Below, piece after piece: positions 51,671 to 63,337 of a stretch of 64,000 nucleotides of DNA; within the stretch, counting starts at the first letter, position 1; every line of letters starts with the position of its first letter. Below the pieces are notes generated by a model. It made no database searches. It had not been told where the DNA came from and worked only from the letters and a program-made list of their open reading frames with translations. A program made the position numbers and the translations under genes. This DNA is from Tubulanus polymorphus. Its lineage: Eukaryota > Animalia > Nemertea. The stretch lies in NCBI RefSeq assembly GCF_964204645.1, contig NC_134025.1, forward strand, positions 13,826,001 to 13,890,000, given 5' to 3'.

Positions 51671-52239
51671 CGAAGAATTTTGTTTTCATTATGAGTTTTC
51701 CGGTTTGCTCGGCTACCCGTACTGGCGGGGTAGTCTAGATAGGCAAATGAAAGCTCCGGTTTGCTGAACTACCCCTCTTTGCGGGGATGCGGTATGATGA
51801 TTGATCTGACAGTTTCAAGTGGTTAATGGGTGTTTCAAGTGCTTACAACGATGCTTATTACTTAATGTGGTACATGGTGGTTTAAAAAAAGATTTCATAA
51901 TGATACGCTCAAAGTATAGGCCTACCGCGTGGGCTTCGTAGAAAGACCACTGCCTGTGGCCTTCCCAAATTTTAATTGTTCTGTCCGATTTGGTTTCGTC
52001 CAATTGAAAGACTGCCTTTTCCAGTTAGGGCATTTTTGGATCACATCACTCAGGAAATGACTTACACTTTTGGGCCCTTTCGTCGGTCCCACGTGTTTTA
52101 TTTGAGCTATAGACCACATGGTGACACCATGATGGTCAGAAACTGACCAATTGAGATATTCCCGAGTCTGAACACCTGACTGCGAATTTCGGAAATTTAT
52201 CAAGTCATGTATGTTTTCAAACTACCGAAGTATCATCAT

Positions 52240-52635
52240 TGCAAATTCATAAATTGACCATCACTGATCACCACTGACCAATTCAAACTTCTCGAATATG
52301 AGTTCGATATACCGCGTTATGGTGTCAAACTAGAAAGGATTCGCCATAGATATTGAGAATTCATAAATTGACCATCACTGACCACCACTGACCAATTCAA
52401 ACTTCTCGAATATGAGAACGATATACCGCGTTATGGTGTCAAACTAGAAAGGATTCGCCATTGAAAATTCATGAATTGACCATCACTGACCACCACTGAC
52501 CAATTGAAACTTCTCGAATGTAAGAAAGATATACCGGTACCGCATTTTGGTGTGAAACTAGAAAGCATTCCCCATTAGAATTCATAAATTGACCATCACT
52601 GACCACCACTGCCCAAGTGAAACTTCTCGAATATC
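52240..52635. repeat. Minisatellite, ~110-120-bp unit, about 3.5 copies
   Basis: ATTCATAAATTGACCATCACTGACCACCACTGACCAATTCAAACTTCTCGAATAT...GGTGTCAAACTAGAAAGGATTCGCCAT repeated. Confidence 0.9.
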
Positions 52636-54392
52636 ATCGAATTCGAAAGTGGTTGTCGTCGTATTGTTATTTCTAGTGACCAGCAGTATGTTTTGCTACT
52701 GTTTCTGAATGGCGTTGACATGATGGAAATATATTACTCCTAAATAGGTTACACATCTGGATCACAGCACCTCACTTGCCGCAGTGCGTAATTTGACTGC
52801 ATAGTAATGCTAATACATAAACTTTTTTACTACTTGACTCAAAGCTTGACGCGAATCATCTGAACAGTACTGCGTTTGAAAACGAATAGAAAATGTTTGC
52901 GAGAAGCACCTGCAAATAAGTTATGATAAGATTAAATCTATGGTTAATCGATGCTTAAAAAAACAATTAAATCACAGGCAAGATGACTAACAACCGTCTT
53001 TCAACCAATCAGCGCGATGCCAATTAATTAAATCATTAAACGCATTAGGCTCCTAATATTTGTAATCATTTGTCGTTCTTTAAACTTGGCCACTTTTGTT
53101 TCAGAAAACCGCGTACTAGACCAGTGGTCACCAAGGCATTAAAAAAGTTTTGAAAATTCGATGGTAATGATTTGTCCGTCAAAAAACTGTTTCGTTAATA
53201 TTTCAAGTTTTTTTTAACTCTTGTACAGAATTCACTATATGAAAAGTGTTCATAGGAATTGAAATTTGGTGTGATATCAGTCACCTGTTACCCCTTTTTC
53301 ATTGTCAGTTCTTTTTTGCACTATCATGCGCTCTTCTAAAATAGAAAAGAACATGTGTGTTTCGTTATAAACAAGGTTAAATTCCAAACGCACATGAAAT
53401 ATCACACAATATACACATCTAGCATTTTCTCTAACTAGGCCCTTTCCAAATGGCAATTGTTTAGTTTTTTAACGGCCGATATTCAGAAGCACCTAAAAAC
53501 CAGTGGTAGCGCTTGAGATTTTCAGTGTAGGTCACATCTCACATCGACTCGGCTCGCAGTCGGTTCGTTTAATGGGAACACATCTGGTTGACACTAGTTT
53601 CACAGTTGACGAAATCAGAAAACTTTTTTCAAATGCCTTTGATAACATCTTAAACATAGTATTCTTCTTAATTACATTTCATTGATTCCATAGATATGTT
53701 TTTATGAAAATTGCTCCAGTTATAAAGGATTCAAACATACATGTGAAATCATTATTTTCATAACATTCAATTTTCTCCGCTTTTGAACAAATTCTGACAC
53801 AATATCATCTCCACTCGACACATGATTTTACTTCGGCGCCTTTAAGGGAGTGTCCCTTAAAGTTGAGTTCTTACTTAGTCAAACAATTAGGAGATATGCC
53901 TGATTCCTTTTTAAAATTTAGATTTCGACAGATATCATCAAATTACTAGAAAGGGACAGCAGCGTTCGGTCATCCACGAAAAATACCTAAAATGCAGTCC
54001 TAGGGTTATGGAAAAACAGGACACGAAACATACAGAAAAATCCTTTGTTTGTTTGACTGAAATTATTATTGAACTCTTAAATAGCGACATTCAGAGAAAC
54101 AAAAACATAAGAATATACTCTCGCCCACCCGTTAAAAAACATAACGTAATGATATGAGGCCATGTGTCATCTTTAATTGAAATCACATTATATTCATTCT
54201 CATGCGAGGATGGGTCTCCAAATTCATAGGATAAGGAGAATAATGGTTTGAATGATGAATACAACTGATAAAGCGCCAATTTCACTGATTCTTGCATATA
54301 AATGCTCAAGCGCTTTACAGTAATCGAGTAAACAGGTGCGTTTTTAGGAGTCTTTTGAATTTGAATTCAAATCGGGTGTTCATGACGACTAT

Positions 54393-54799
54393 AGGCGCTT
54401 TTACGAAACTGAATCTTTGTAAATCGATTTAAGTTTCACGTTTACGGCACGCAGTTTAGTGAATCCGATTTGGTAAATCAACTCGTTTATGGACGCGGTT
54501 TAGTAAATTGATTTATTAAATCGACTAACTTGCTCGGCGAGCAAGTTAGTGGCGATTTAGTCAGTGAAATCCAACATGGCGTCCTCTTCGACCGCAGGCT
54601 AAAGACATCTATTGCAGACCATCATCTATCAATAATTCGGTCACCATTGACGCCCATTTCCTTTCGAATCGCGACCTTTAGATTGATAAATTGATTCGAC
54701 TCATTTACGAAAAACGATTCGATTTACTAATCCTTACGTTTTCCAACATCGAATCGGATTTAGCTGAACCGAATCAGATTCAATTTCGTAAAAGCGCCT
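54393..54799. mobile_element. PIF/Harbinger-like MITE, 407 bp
   Basis: TIRs AGGCGCTTTTACGAAA / TTTCGTAAAAGCGCCT, 3-bp TSD TAT, and a central palindrome ACTAACTTGCTCGGCGAGCAAGTTAGT. Confidence 0.85.
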
Positions 54800-56269
54800 T
54801 ATAATTGAGCATTCTAGGGCTGGAGCAAGAATCGTGTGGGATCGTCCGCCAAGGTATCGCTAAGGAGTCAGTCCGTGGTGGCTTTTGAAAGCGACGACCG
54901 CATATGAATGCATTGATTGAATGACATCTCAAAAGTCAGATTATATAAAATTAAACATGATATACGGATAGGTTCTTCCAATTAGGCCTATACTGGTAAA
55001 AATGAAATGACCCAATATGTGATATAAATGTTCAATCAAAAAGTAGAAAGTGAATCCGTAATTCAGTATGGTAGGCCTATTGTTACAACATCAAACACTC
55101 AAATTCAATCCTTTGTTAAATTGGAAGCCAGTGTAGATGAGCAAGTATCGTGGTCCCTGATTTTAGTTATCGTAATAATTCAAGCCACGCGATTTTGAAC
55201 TGTTCAACAAGTTGGAGTTTGTGTAAAGATGAATGAGTTTGAAATGGAGTGGACTTCAGATATTACTGTTTGCATGCCTATGTCTATTACTTAATCTTTT
55301 TACTAATCATAGAAAATTGTGGTAAAATATTTGACTCGACGGTTGGTTTTAGATTGTATCTTTGATTTTTGAATTTGTACACAGTGAATTTTCGTATCAT
55401 ATTATGGTATTATCAATTCTCCGCATTTGAGTGTGACTATTCTACGAATACAAAGTTATTTTTAGCAATGAAGTTTTAATTGTCATTTTAAATGTTAACT
55501 ATCCACTGGTATGTAAACTTACTAACTTTTGGCAACTGACCTCAAATCGTGGAATGGGCTCAGGTAGCCTGCTGATCCACTCTTTTATTAATACTACTAA
55601 AGAAATATTCAGTATAAGAAGTAAAAAGTATATTAAAGTACTATTTATCTTTATATCGCAATAATTTGTGTACGTATGATTGAAAAACGATATTCTATGG
55701 AGTCTCGTGTTACGTACTTATGATTATTGTGTATAAGACCAATGATTAGCAACCTTCCACGGATACGAAGCGGCCTAAGTTTACATCCTACCATAATTTT
55801 CTCTAAACTCTCAGCATTATATCAAGATCGGTCTTAGAAAATATATGAAGGACGTGTTCACAGGTTAACGAGGCCAAAAATCTTCCTCAAAATTTCAAAT
55901 TTTTACGAGCAAAGATAATATACTTCATGCTTTTGGTGCAGAAATAATGGATGTCCACAAATTGCAAATTGTGTTTTCAAAGTAAACGATCCGAGTGTGG
56001 AATTGTTTCGAATTCAGGGTTCTCCCATTTACTCTCCGGTATTTTACAATGTTTCAATAAGATACGTTAGTCGCACTTCTGTTGTGATACAGCTTTCTCT
56101 ATTGGTCAGCGTTGTAATCACGTAAAATTACCCATAAGTTTGAATTCTCACTGAACTACTACATCCCTTATAACGAATATATATTTCATATGAGGCGATT
56201 AACTTTGATGATCTGCGGTCAGTGGACAGCAGTTACGAAACATTCAAAACTACTACATTATCTTCCATC

Positions 56270-56348
56270 TATTCATTATTCATTATTCATTATTCATTAT
56301 TCATTATTCATTATTCATTATTCATATGATATATGATATGATATGATA
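56270..56348. repeat. Compound microsatellite: (ATTCATT)~8 then (ATATG)~4
   Basis: Read directly. Confidence 0.95.
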
Positions 56349-57889
56349 TCTCCTTTAGTGTTCAGTTTAAACGTCTTGAACGCAAAAGTTTGACAAGTTT
56401 CGCATAATGGTACCGATACGCACGTTCACACTAGTGAAATGTGCACGTTACAGGCTAAAATGCGCACGTTACAATTACAAATCGAAACGTTGTTCGTTCA
56501 AAACCCGATGTGAAAATCTTTTGCATTTAGTGGGAAATTTCAAAGTTAGCTCGCTTCCTACAATAAAAATTGGACAAGACTTTTAAAACGACACATTTAA
56601 TAAGAGTAGTACTGACGAAGGATTCAGGTAATACCCCGTGTTATTTCTAAAAACATTTAACCGGTAATTAGACAGTACTGGTGTAGCTTGTACAGGTAAA
56701 AGAGTTGTTATATTTACGTTCAGACCGAATGAAATTATTTGATACGAGACACGACTAAGTTGTGTCCGAAACAGATAAATATAGCTATATGGTCAGTATT
56801 GGTCAAGATTTGGTCACTTGAATAGTTGTTAGATGAAAGCCCACACCATTTCTAATTATTTGACACCAAACACGACTGTGTTGCTTCTAGAATAAACAAA
56901 TTACTTTAAGGTCAGTATTGGTCAGTTAAATAGTTGTTAGATCATAGCCCGCACCCTATCTAGTAGCTCGACGCCCAAACACGATTTTATTGCTTTACTA
57001 AACATATAAATTACATATGGTGGGTTCTAGTTAGTGGTAACTGGTCAGTACTGGTCAAGCATTGGTCAGTTAAACAATTTTTAGTTTAATGTCCACATTA
57101 TATCTAGTTATTTGGCACCAAATAACTTAATTGTTTGCAAAACAGATAATTTACTATACAGCCAGTACTGGTCATGCATTGGTCAGTTGATAGACCAAGG
57201 TCCACGCCACGAGTTATTTGATACTAAACATTATTGTGTCGTTTCGGAAAATTTATCTGTTGGGCAATTTGTGGTCAGCCCTGGTTCGTTAGTTCTTATT
57301 TTGCGGGCATTTTATCTCGAACCACCGAAAGACTGAATTACTAATTAATTCAACAGATCATTAATTAATGGAAATGAAGATCAGTGTTAACTAAGTCCTT
57401 AGTCTGAATAAAATGTATGTGGTATTATATGGGTGCTATGGTGCTGTACACCGAACTGTAACTTTTTATTTTCACTACTACTGTAATTGACTATGATGTT
57501 TTCAAGTGGTCTTAAGTACCGCTAATAGCTGAAAGTCGTTGATTTATGTGAAATTTACACACAGCGCCACCCGTTGGTAGTAAAAGTCACCCGAGCAATA
57601 CGGGTGTTAAATAGATACGCTAGCAAACCGGCATTCTCATAATGACGTAGTGATCATGCAATGCAGCAAGTGATCCATAGCCCAAACAAGCGCAGTAAGG
57701 CATCAACGGAGATAAAGCCTGGGTCGTATTCGCAAGAGAACATTTCGTCGCTCAAGTTGGTAGCCCCAGCCGGCCTAGTACCTCGCCATTGCAGGAGCTC
57801 TAAGCAAATATGCAAGGATCGTAGCTGGCACCGGCTCAACTGGGTATGACTGTTATTGATTTCTCGAAATGAGGTTGGAAGGTTCCAGT

Positions 57890-58300
57890 TGTAGAGTCGC
57901 TCATTAGACCCAAAAGAGCAGACATAAGACAGATATCGGCGTACGTGGTAACCAACTCGGCTCCATCTTTATTGCTCTCTTATCAATATAGATGGCAGCA
58001 CTTCTGGTGCTGTAGTACAATTACAAATACACTACATCTCTCCCCTTTGAGTCAATTACATTTAAAGTCTGACAGAAAAGTGGGGGTTTTTACGAACTCT
58101 CACGCTTCGACGAAGAATGTCTTCATTGCTATCTGATGACTTCAATGTCGGAAGTACAATCAGCGGATTTGGCAAATCATGATCTACGCTATCCTGCGAC
58201 GCAATCACAGTTTGCACCATCATGCAACGAATCAGAATCACGACAATGATTCTGAACCCTTTCGCTTTTATCAACGGTAAAAGGTTAGTTACATACGAAC
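57890..58300 (-). mobile_element. Gypsy-type 3' end: pol tail, polypurine tract and 147-bp 3' LTR (57,890-58,036)
   Basis: Minus strand ...LRRSVRVRKNP pol-tail motif, PPT AAAGGGGAGAGA (58037-58048), then an LTR with TGTAG...CTACA inverted termini and an internal AATAAA. Confidence 0.85.
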
Positions 58301-58378
58301 GACTAAAATTTTTCCTTATGAGTAGATGTGAAATTCTTAGAATTATAAGTATTCCCAATTGTCAATCTGTAATTTCAG

Positions 58379-59080
58379 TGATGTACGATATACAATGGAT
58401 AGTGGAAATGAAGGCCCGGCATGCAGAGCTAGTGATGTAAACACTTGTCAAAAATATTCCAAGAGTCATCGTGTGCTAACTCCAGGTGTGTTCACAATAT
58501 TTTGTCCACACGGGATCAGTTACGGATTCCAGGTTAGTATGACAAGTTATGCTTTTGAAAAAAAACTATGGCAATCTAGTACCTGTAACAATGCTGAATA
58601 TTATTTTTTACTAGGTCATGTCAAGTCACGAGTCACCAAGGCACCCTTTTAGTATATTCAAAACGAGATTCGCGAAAGCGCCAAAACTTAATGTTTATGA
58701 CAATGCTTGCAAGCTTCACTCGTATTGTTTGAATAGGTAAGTTGATTATAGTCACTATTCTTAGTACCAGTACTAAGATAGAAGATATTATTTGAAATTA
58801 GTTTCAATTCTAATGGACTGAATTAGGTTTGAGACAAAAGTACAGGTTTCCTTTTGATTTATTTTCAGAGAGCCAGAGTTTTTCAAGGAAACTGTATTCT
58901 GTGTAGACAGGATGCATTGGAAAAATCACACTGGGTAAGTTTTTTTTAGCTAACTTGCAATGAGGTCCAAGGGGCTAATGTTTTCACTTTTCCGTCTGTG
59001 TTAGAGTTTACAAAGCGCTTTGATGATGTAAATTTCAATATTTTTTGATAGCCTACAATTCCATTCTAATTTCAGATGTA
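58379..59080 (+). pseudogene. Spliced KDZ (Kyakuja-Dileera-Zisupton)-type transposase fragment
   Basis: Exons 58379-58532, 58615-58736, 58869-58934 and a stub from 59076 have GT-AG boundaries in compatible phase. They give ...TCQKYSKSHRVLTPGVFTIFCPHGISYGFQ-VMSSHESPRHPFSIFKTRFAKAPKLNVYDNACKLHSYCLNR-EPEFFKETVFCVDRMHWKNHTG-C, which carries the CPHG / ES / YDxAC / DxxHxxxHxxC motifs of KDZ transposases. Confidence 0.82.
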
Positions 59081-60130
59081 TCTCACGAACAGGTTTAGGT
59101 TTGGGATAGTCTTAGAGCATTTCCGTAGCCTGTTTTTCTCCTTTGAGAGTCAATAACGTACCCAGTGGATCTAGTAGAACTGCTACGCCTTGAGCTTCGC
59201 GATTGGATTAATTTTGATTGAGTGAGAATACCAAAAAGATCTGGGATCCCCATATCTTTTAGTTTCGGAAGCATTTACACGAGTTGTTGAATGCTACAAA
59301 TTATCTGAAGTTAATTCAGGTTTCCTGGTTTAATGGCTTTGCGCAAAGTAGCTTGTCTCCGGTAACGGAGATGCGCTGCGCCAGTCATCTGCGCACATAA
59401 ACACAGCTTTAGAGAAAAATAATCAACACTTTTAAAAAGTAAGACACTCACCAACAGATTTTAGATGGCGGACGTCCCCTTTAATAAGTATGGATATGTG
59501 GATATTGAAGAGTGTCTTGACTAAATTTCTGTAAGCTGACATAGTTGAAAAAATTCAACCCTTGACATCCAGTTTTCTGTTCTAAGGGAAATCAGTGGTG
59601 GTTATGTCACACTAAAATCTGGCAGCCTTGAAACTCTAAACAAATTTAACCAATACTCATTAGAAGTTTAGAATTTTTCAATTAGGTAGTTTTCACAGTT
59701 AAAGATTAATTTGTCAAATAGTTTTAGATGGGACAGCTTTGACAAAACTACTTGAATTAGCAGAGATTCCTTCACCAATGATATGAAATAACAAAAACGC
59801 TGGTACAGCATCGTGCAGGTTCAAATCCTGGAAAAATTATGCATGTGCAATGCTCAAATCCGTACTGCAGCACAGAAACGTTTATAAAATTGTATTTCTT
59901 TCCACCATTTAAACTGTGTTGAGAGTCGATAATCTCTTTGAATTTGCCTGAAAAACTTGTGGCAGTGCAGACCCGCACCTCATGCAAGGAGCACGGCATA
60001 ACATCACAGTCAGCACCAAATAACAGGGGTGACACTAGGTTTTTAAAAGGGGATCAGATGTAATATGACATATTTTGCACCATATCTGGCGAGCGCTTAA
60101 AATCTTAAAACTAGCAGATATAGACTAGCA

Positions 60131-60155
60131 TATATATATATATATATATATATAT
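60131..60155. repeat. (TA)n microsatellite
   Basis: Read directly. Confidence 0.95.
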
Positions 60156-60796
60156 GGTCCCTACATATCAGTCAAATCAGAATTTGAAGGGTCCAGTTTC
60201 GTGTAATTTTCTTGAGATAACTTGTACACGAATGTAGGTAATAATCCCCCCTCGGTAAATATACCCCTCCCCCCCAGTAAAAATCTTGAAAAAAATTTTG
60301 AAAACTTAAAATTAGTATATAAATTAGTCCCCATTTCTATTGACCTTTTCACTGCTTACACAAAACAATGAATGATAGAGAAATGGCCTTTATATTAGAT
60401 GTGGCAAGTGGTACCAATGTGACTATTGTGTTGAGTTAATTGCAAATTGTAGGGAGGTGTCCGTTCAATGGGCTATTGGCCTATGCATAAGCACGGGTTA
60501 AATTCACAAATTGAGTTGAAAAAAAATTTACAGAGGCAATTTTCAGAAGTTGAGGGGGAAACTCAGAATTTTAGGGTATTTAAGGACCCGACCACAGTTC
60601 CATTATTATTATTATTAATTACCACCTTCATAATGATTGGATGGCGTTTAGTTAGACGGTTTTTAAAGTTTTGTACCACCCTCTTAGTTCACGTTTTTCC
60701 CGCTTTAGTTATACATAGGGGCAGTACTAGACGGTCGAATTTGCTACATGTATTTTACCGTGGCGGGCGAATTGTTTCATCAACCCTTATGCTTTA

Positions 60797-61460
60797 TTAA
60801 AATAAATCATTCTCTCCATTGATAAAGACTTTAAAGCCAATTAAACAGAAATGATTCTCAATATGATTTAGCAGTTAAAATATTTATCATATATAATAAA
60901 ACTTCAAGAATTGCTGCTCACCAGTCAAATGTTCCATATCATGAAAACGATATGCATCTGCGCACGCAGCCCGTACTGCTTCGGCCCATTTGTTGGTTCG
61001 GTCGTTTTCTGGCCGAATATCGCAGCGTGGGTTTTTCCAAGGCCAATTAGCTGGCCACCACGGAGCTCTGAAATCCTCTTTTCCCCAATGAGGATTAACA
61101 TCTTTTCCGTGTCCTAATATGTTTTTGCTTGCATAAACTAAATTACTGAGCAGTCCTCTTGCGCTGTCGGTGGCCAGTGCAGATAATTTTTTACCGTACA
61201 CTTCGCACACATCTGGCAACGATTTATCGCAAACTGAGGCTCTCGGTTCTTCATTCGGGAGACATGGCCGCCTCAAAGTTAAGTTTTTGATCTGCCTCAA
61301 CTTTCAGAAATGAATTGGTACCTGTCGTTGCCATTTCATGTACGTTCGTAATTCTGTTACGATAGATTGTTACAGCCACGACATTGTCACCGGATATCTT
61401 ATTATATCTCTCCACTGCTTTTTCAATAGCTGCCCAACATTTTCTTGACGACGCATACAT
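60797..61460 (-). pseudogene. Divergent NRF1/Erect wing/P3A2-like DNA-binding-domain gene, ~189 aa, with one frameshift
   Basis: ATG at 61460 gives MYASSRKCWAAIEKAVERYNKISGDNVVAVTI. After removing one extra C (61257-59) the frame continues to PHWGKEDFRAPWWPANWPWKNPRCDIRPENDRTNKWAEAVRAACADAYRFHDMEHL, aligning by eye with NRF1 PGWGKESCKPIWWPEDIPWANVRSDVRTEEQKQRVSWTQALRTIVKNCYKQHGREDL. Donor G|GTGAGC at 60921; candidate last exon 60828-60797 ends in TAA overlapping AATAAA. Confidence 0.78.
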
Positions 61461-61549
61461 GTTGTGATTTATTGTAGCTGGTCTAATTAAGTTATTATTT
61501 ATCCGCAAGTGTACGCAGGTGAATGAAAGTGTAGTTGACTTGATGAAAG

Positions 61550-61620
61550 CAAATGAATTTATGACTAGAGGACTGGGCTTTATAGGGTGGTCCCACACCA
61601 ATTTTTTCCCACAGGCCTGC
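61550..61620 (-). promoter_or_regulatory. Candidate core promoter of the NRF1-like gene
   Basis: TATAAA (61584-61579) ~120 nt upstream of the ATG, an Inr-like TCATTT ~25 nt downstream and TGTGGGAA just upstream. Motif matches only. Confidence 0.35.
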
Positions 61621-63054
61621 ACTAATTGATTAATTAACAGTTTAAATTACTTGTTCATTTCTAGGCGCGTATTTGCTTATACTGTTGTTACTCAACAATC
61701 GATCGATGTTATTCCGTCTGTCGTCAAATCTTATTTTGTTTAAATAGTGTCTCACTTTCTAAATTGTCAATGAGACCCTTGAATCTGACATGTTTTGTTC
61801 CAATTCCATTTCGGCTTAATTCTTAACTGCTTTAGTTCGTTTTAGATTCAATGGTTAAACTGACAACCAAGAAGTTCGCAGTCTTTATGACAAAAGTTTT
61901 ATTGTAAGGAAAAGTGACGGAGGCAGACAGGTGTTTATTTGACTTAACCTGTTTTTAAAAAAAAACTTTGAAATAAAATATTTGGAGGAGTATTGAAAAA
62001 AAGAGCATGAGGGAGTCAACTTTTTATTTCGGTAGAAAATGCAGTAAATATGGAACCCCGATCTACACAAAATCACCTGATTCATTGCCGACAAAGCGCA
62101 TTTCAAGACATTTTCTTCCATCTCCAAGCACGACAAGAAATAAGATCATATGAACAATCATTTATTGATGTGGGCGGGAGTATTTTGTCTTTTATAAAAA
62201 AACCAACATAAATTATTACACTAGACGCGGGAGCGCTCGTTTTATTTTTACTAGAGTTTCGTCAATGATTTTTCCGACGCGCGTGTTGATGAAACAATGT
62301 ATTTTTTTCATAATATATATAACATTTCTCCCGCGTGTTGAGCCTGGCGTGTTCAATGACCGCTATCTATTTATATATATAAATGTATTTTTATGTTTTG
62401 CTATAATGTCTGCATGGTGATTGTAAGACGCATGTAATTTTTGTAAACATCGTTTTCTTCATGAAATAAATATTGAATGTTAAAAAAATGAGAAACACGG
62501 TATCAATTTTGAATGGCCTGAAGGGGATTTTTAGCCACCTTCCAAAAACATGATTTAATGAACTGAATGTCTCTGTCGGCGATTTTGTGTAGCGTGTATC
62601 GTTCTACTGTTACTATCGGTAACCTACTAATATAGCAGTAAACACGTGCATGTCTTTAATCGATACTTGTGTTTGCTGCCGGGAGGTCGTTCAGATATGC
62701 GAGTTGAAAGGAATTTGAAAATAGTTCAAGTTGAACGAATATTCGAGCTGAGCAATTTCTTGTATAAGTGAATAATTTAAATGTAGGGGCCTATGGTTTA
62801 ATGGAGACATCAATAGCTTAGATAAACTTTTCGGACTTCGTCGTTCTCGCCTAATAGTGCGATTCGCTATATCATTAGTAGAGAGACATGAAATTTCACG
62901 ATAAGTCACTCGGTCGCGATATGATATTTCAGGCAAAAATCCCTGGCCTGTATACAAGTTTTTCTGCCCATGCAGTATATATGTGGCTATAGCGGTGTAG
63001 TAGGCCTACTGAGTATCTGGGGAAATCCCAGTTCTCCGCAATATTTGACATAAA

Positions 63055-63270
63055 ACCTAGTCGAGCATAATTCCGAGCAGAATGCTGAGCAGCTCGTATT
63101 TGCGCGGATCTACAAACGATTGAAACCGAGCAGAGTTCCGAGCAGAGATTATCGAGCAGCTCATATTGCGCGGGGCTAATTTATCAAAACCGAGCAGAAT
63201 GTCCGAGCAGTAAACCGAACAGCGCAGTTGCTCGGCCGCGTAAGTTCCGAGTAATCTTTTGAAAATGGGC
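63055..63270. mobile_element. One arm of a Harbinger-like non-autonomous element with CCGAGCAG subrepeats
   Basis: Repeated (C)CGAGCAG motifs end in TTTTGAAAATGGGC, where the Gypsy pol tail is interrupted. The partner end was not found. Confidence 0.45.
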
Positions 63271-63337
63271 ATGTTTTATACCTGCACTAACACCAAAATC
63301 AGGAAACACGCCGGTTTCGGTAAGATACTTATATTGC

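Larger units (their letters stand above)
51686..57645. mobile_element. Putative ~6-kb foldback-type non-coding element with inverted ends and opposed subterminal arrays
   Basis: The left end TCATTATGAGTTTTCCGGTTTGCT mirrors the right end (rc TCATTATGAGAATGCCGGTTTGCT). TGACCA-rich ~110-125-bp tandem units at 52190-52640 face reverse TGGTCA-rich units at 56730-57290. No TSD found. Confidence 0.5.

Noticed and set aside
52190-52640. CRISPR-like array
   Set aside because: The whole ~110-120-bp unit is repeated; there are no variable spacers.
59772-60035. 87-aa Cys-rich minus ORF as the CxC domain of the KDZ transposase
   Set aside because: It is on the opposite strand and downstream of the KDZ exons, and the Cys spacing was not recognisable.
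60797-61460. Host NRF1 orthologue
   Set aside because: Too divergent from the highly conserved NRF1/Ewg sequence, lacks the acidic N-terminus and activation region, and is frameshifted; no gene symbol assigned.
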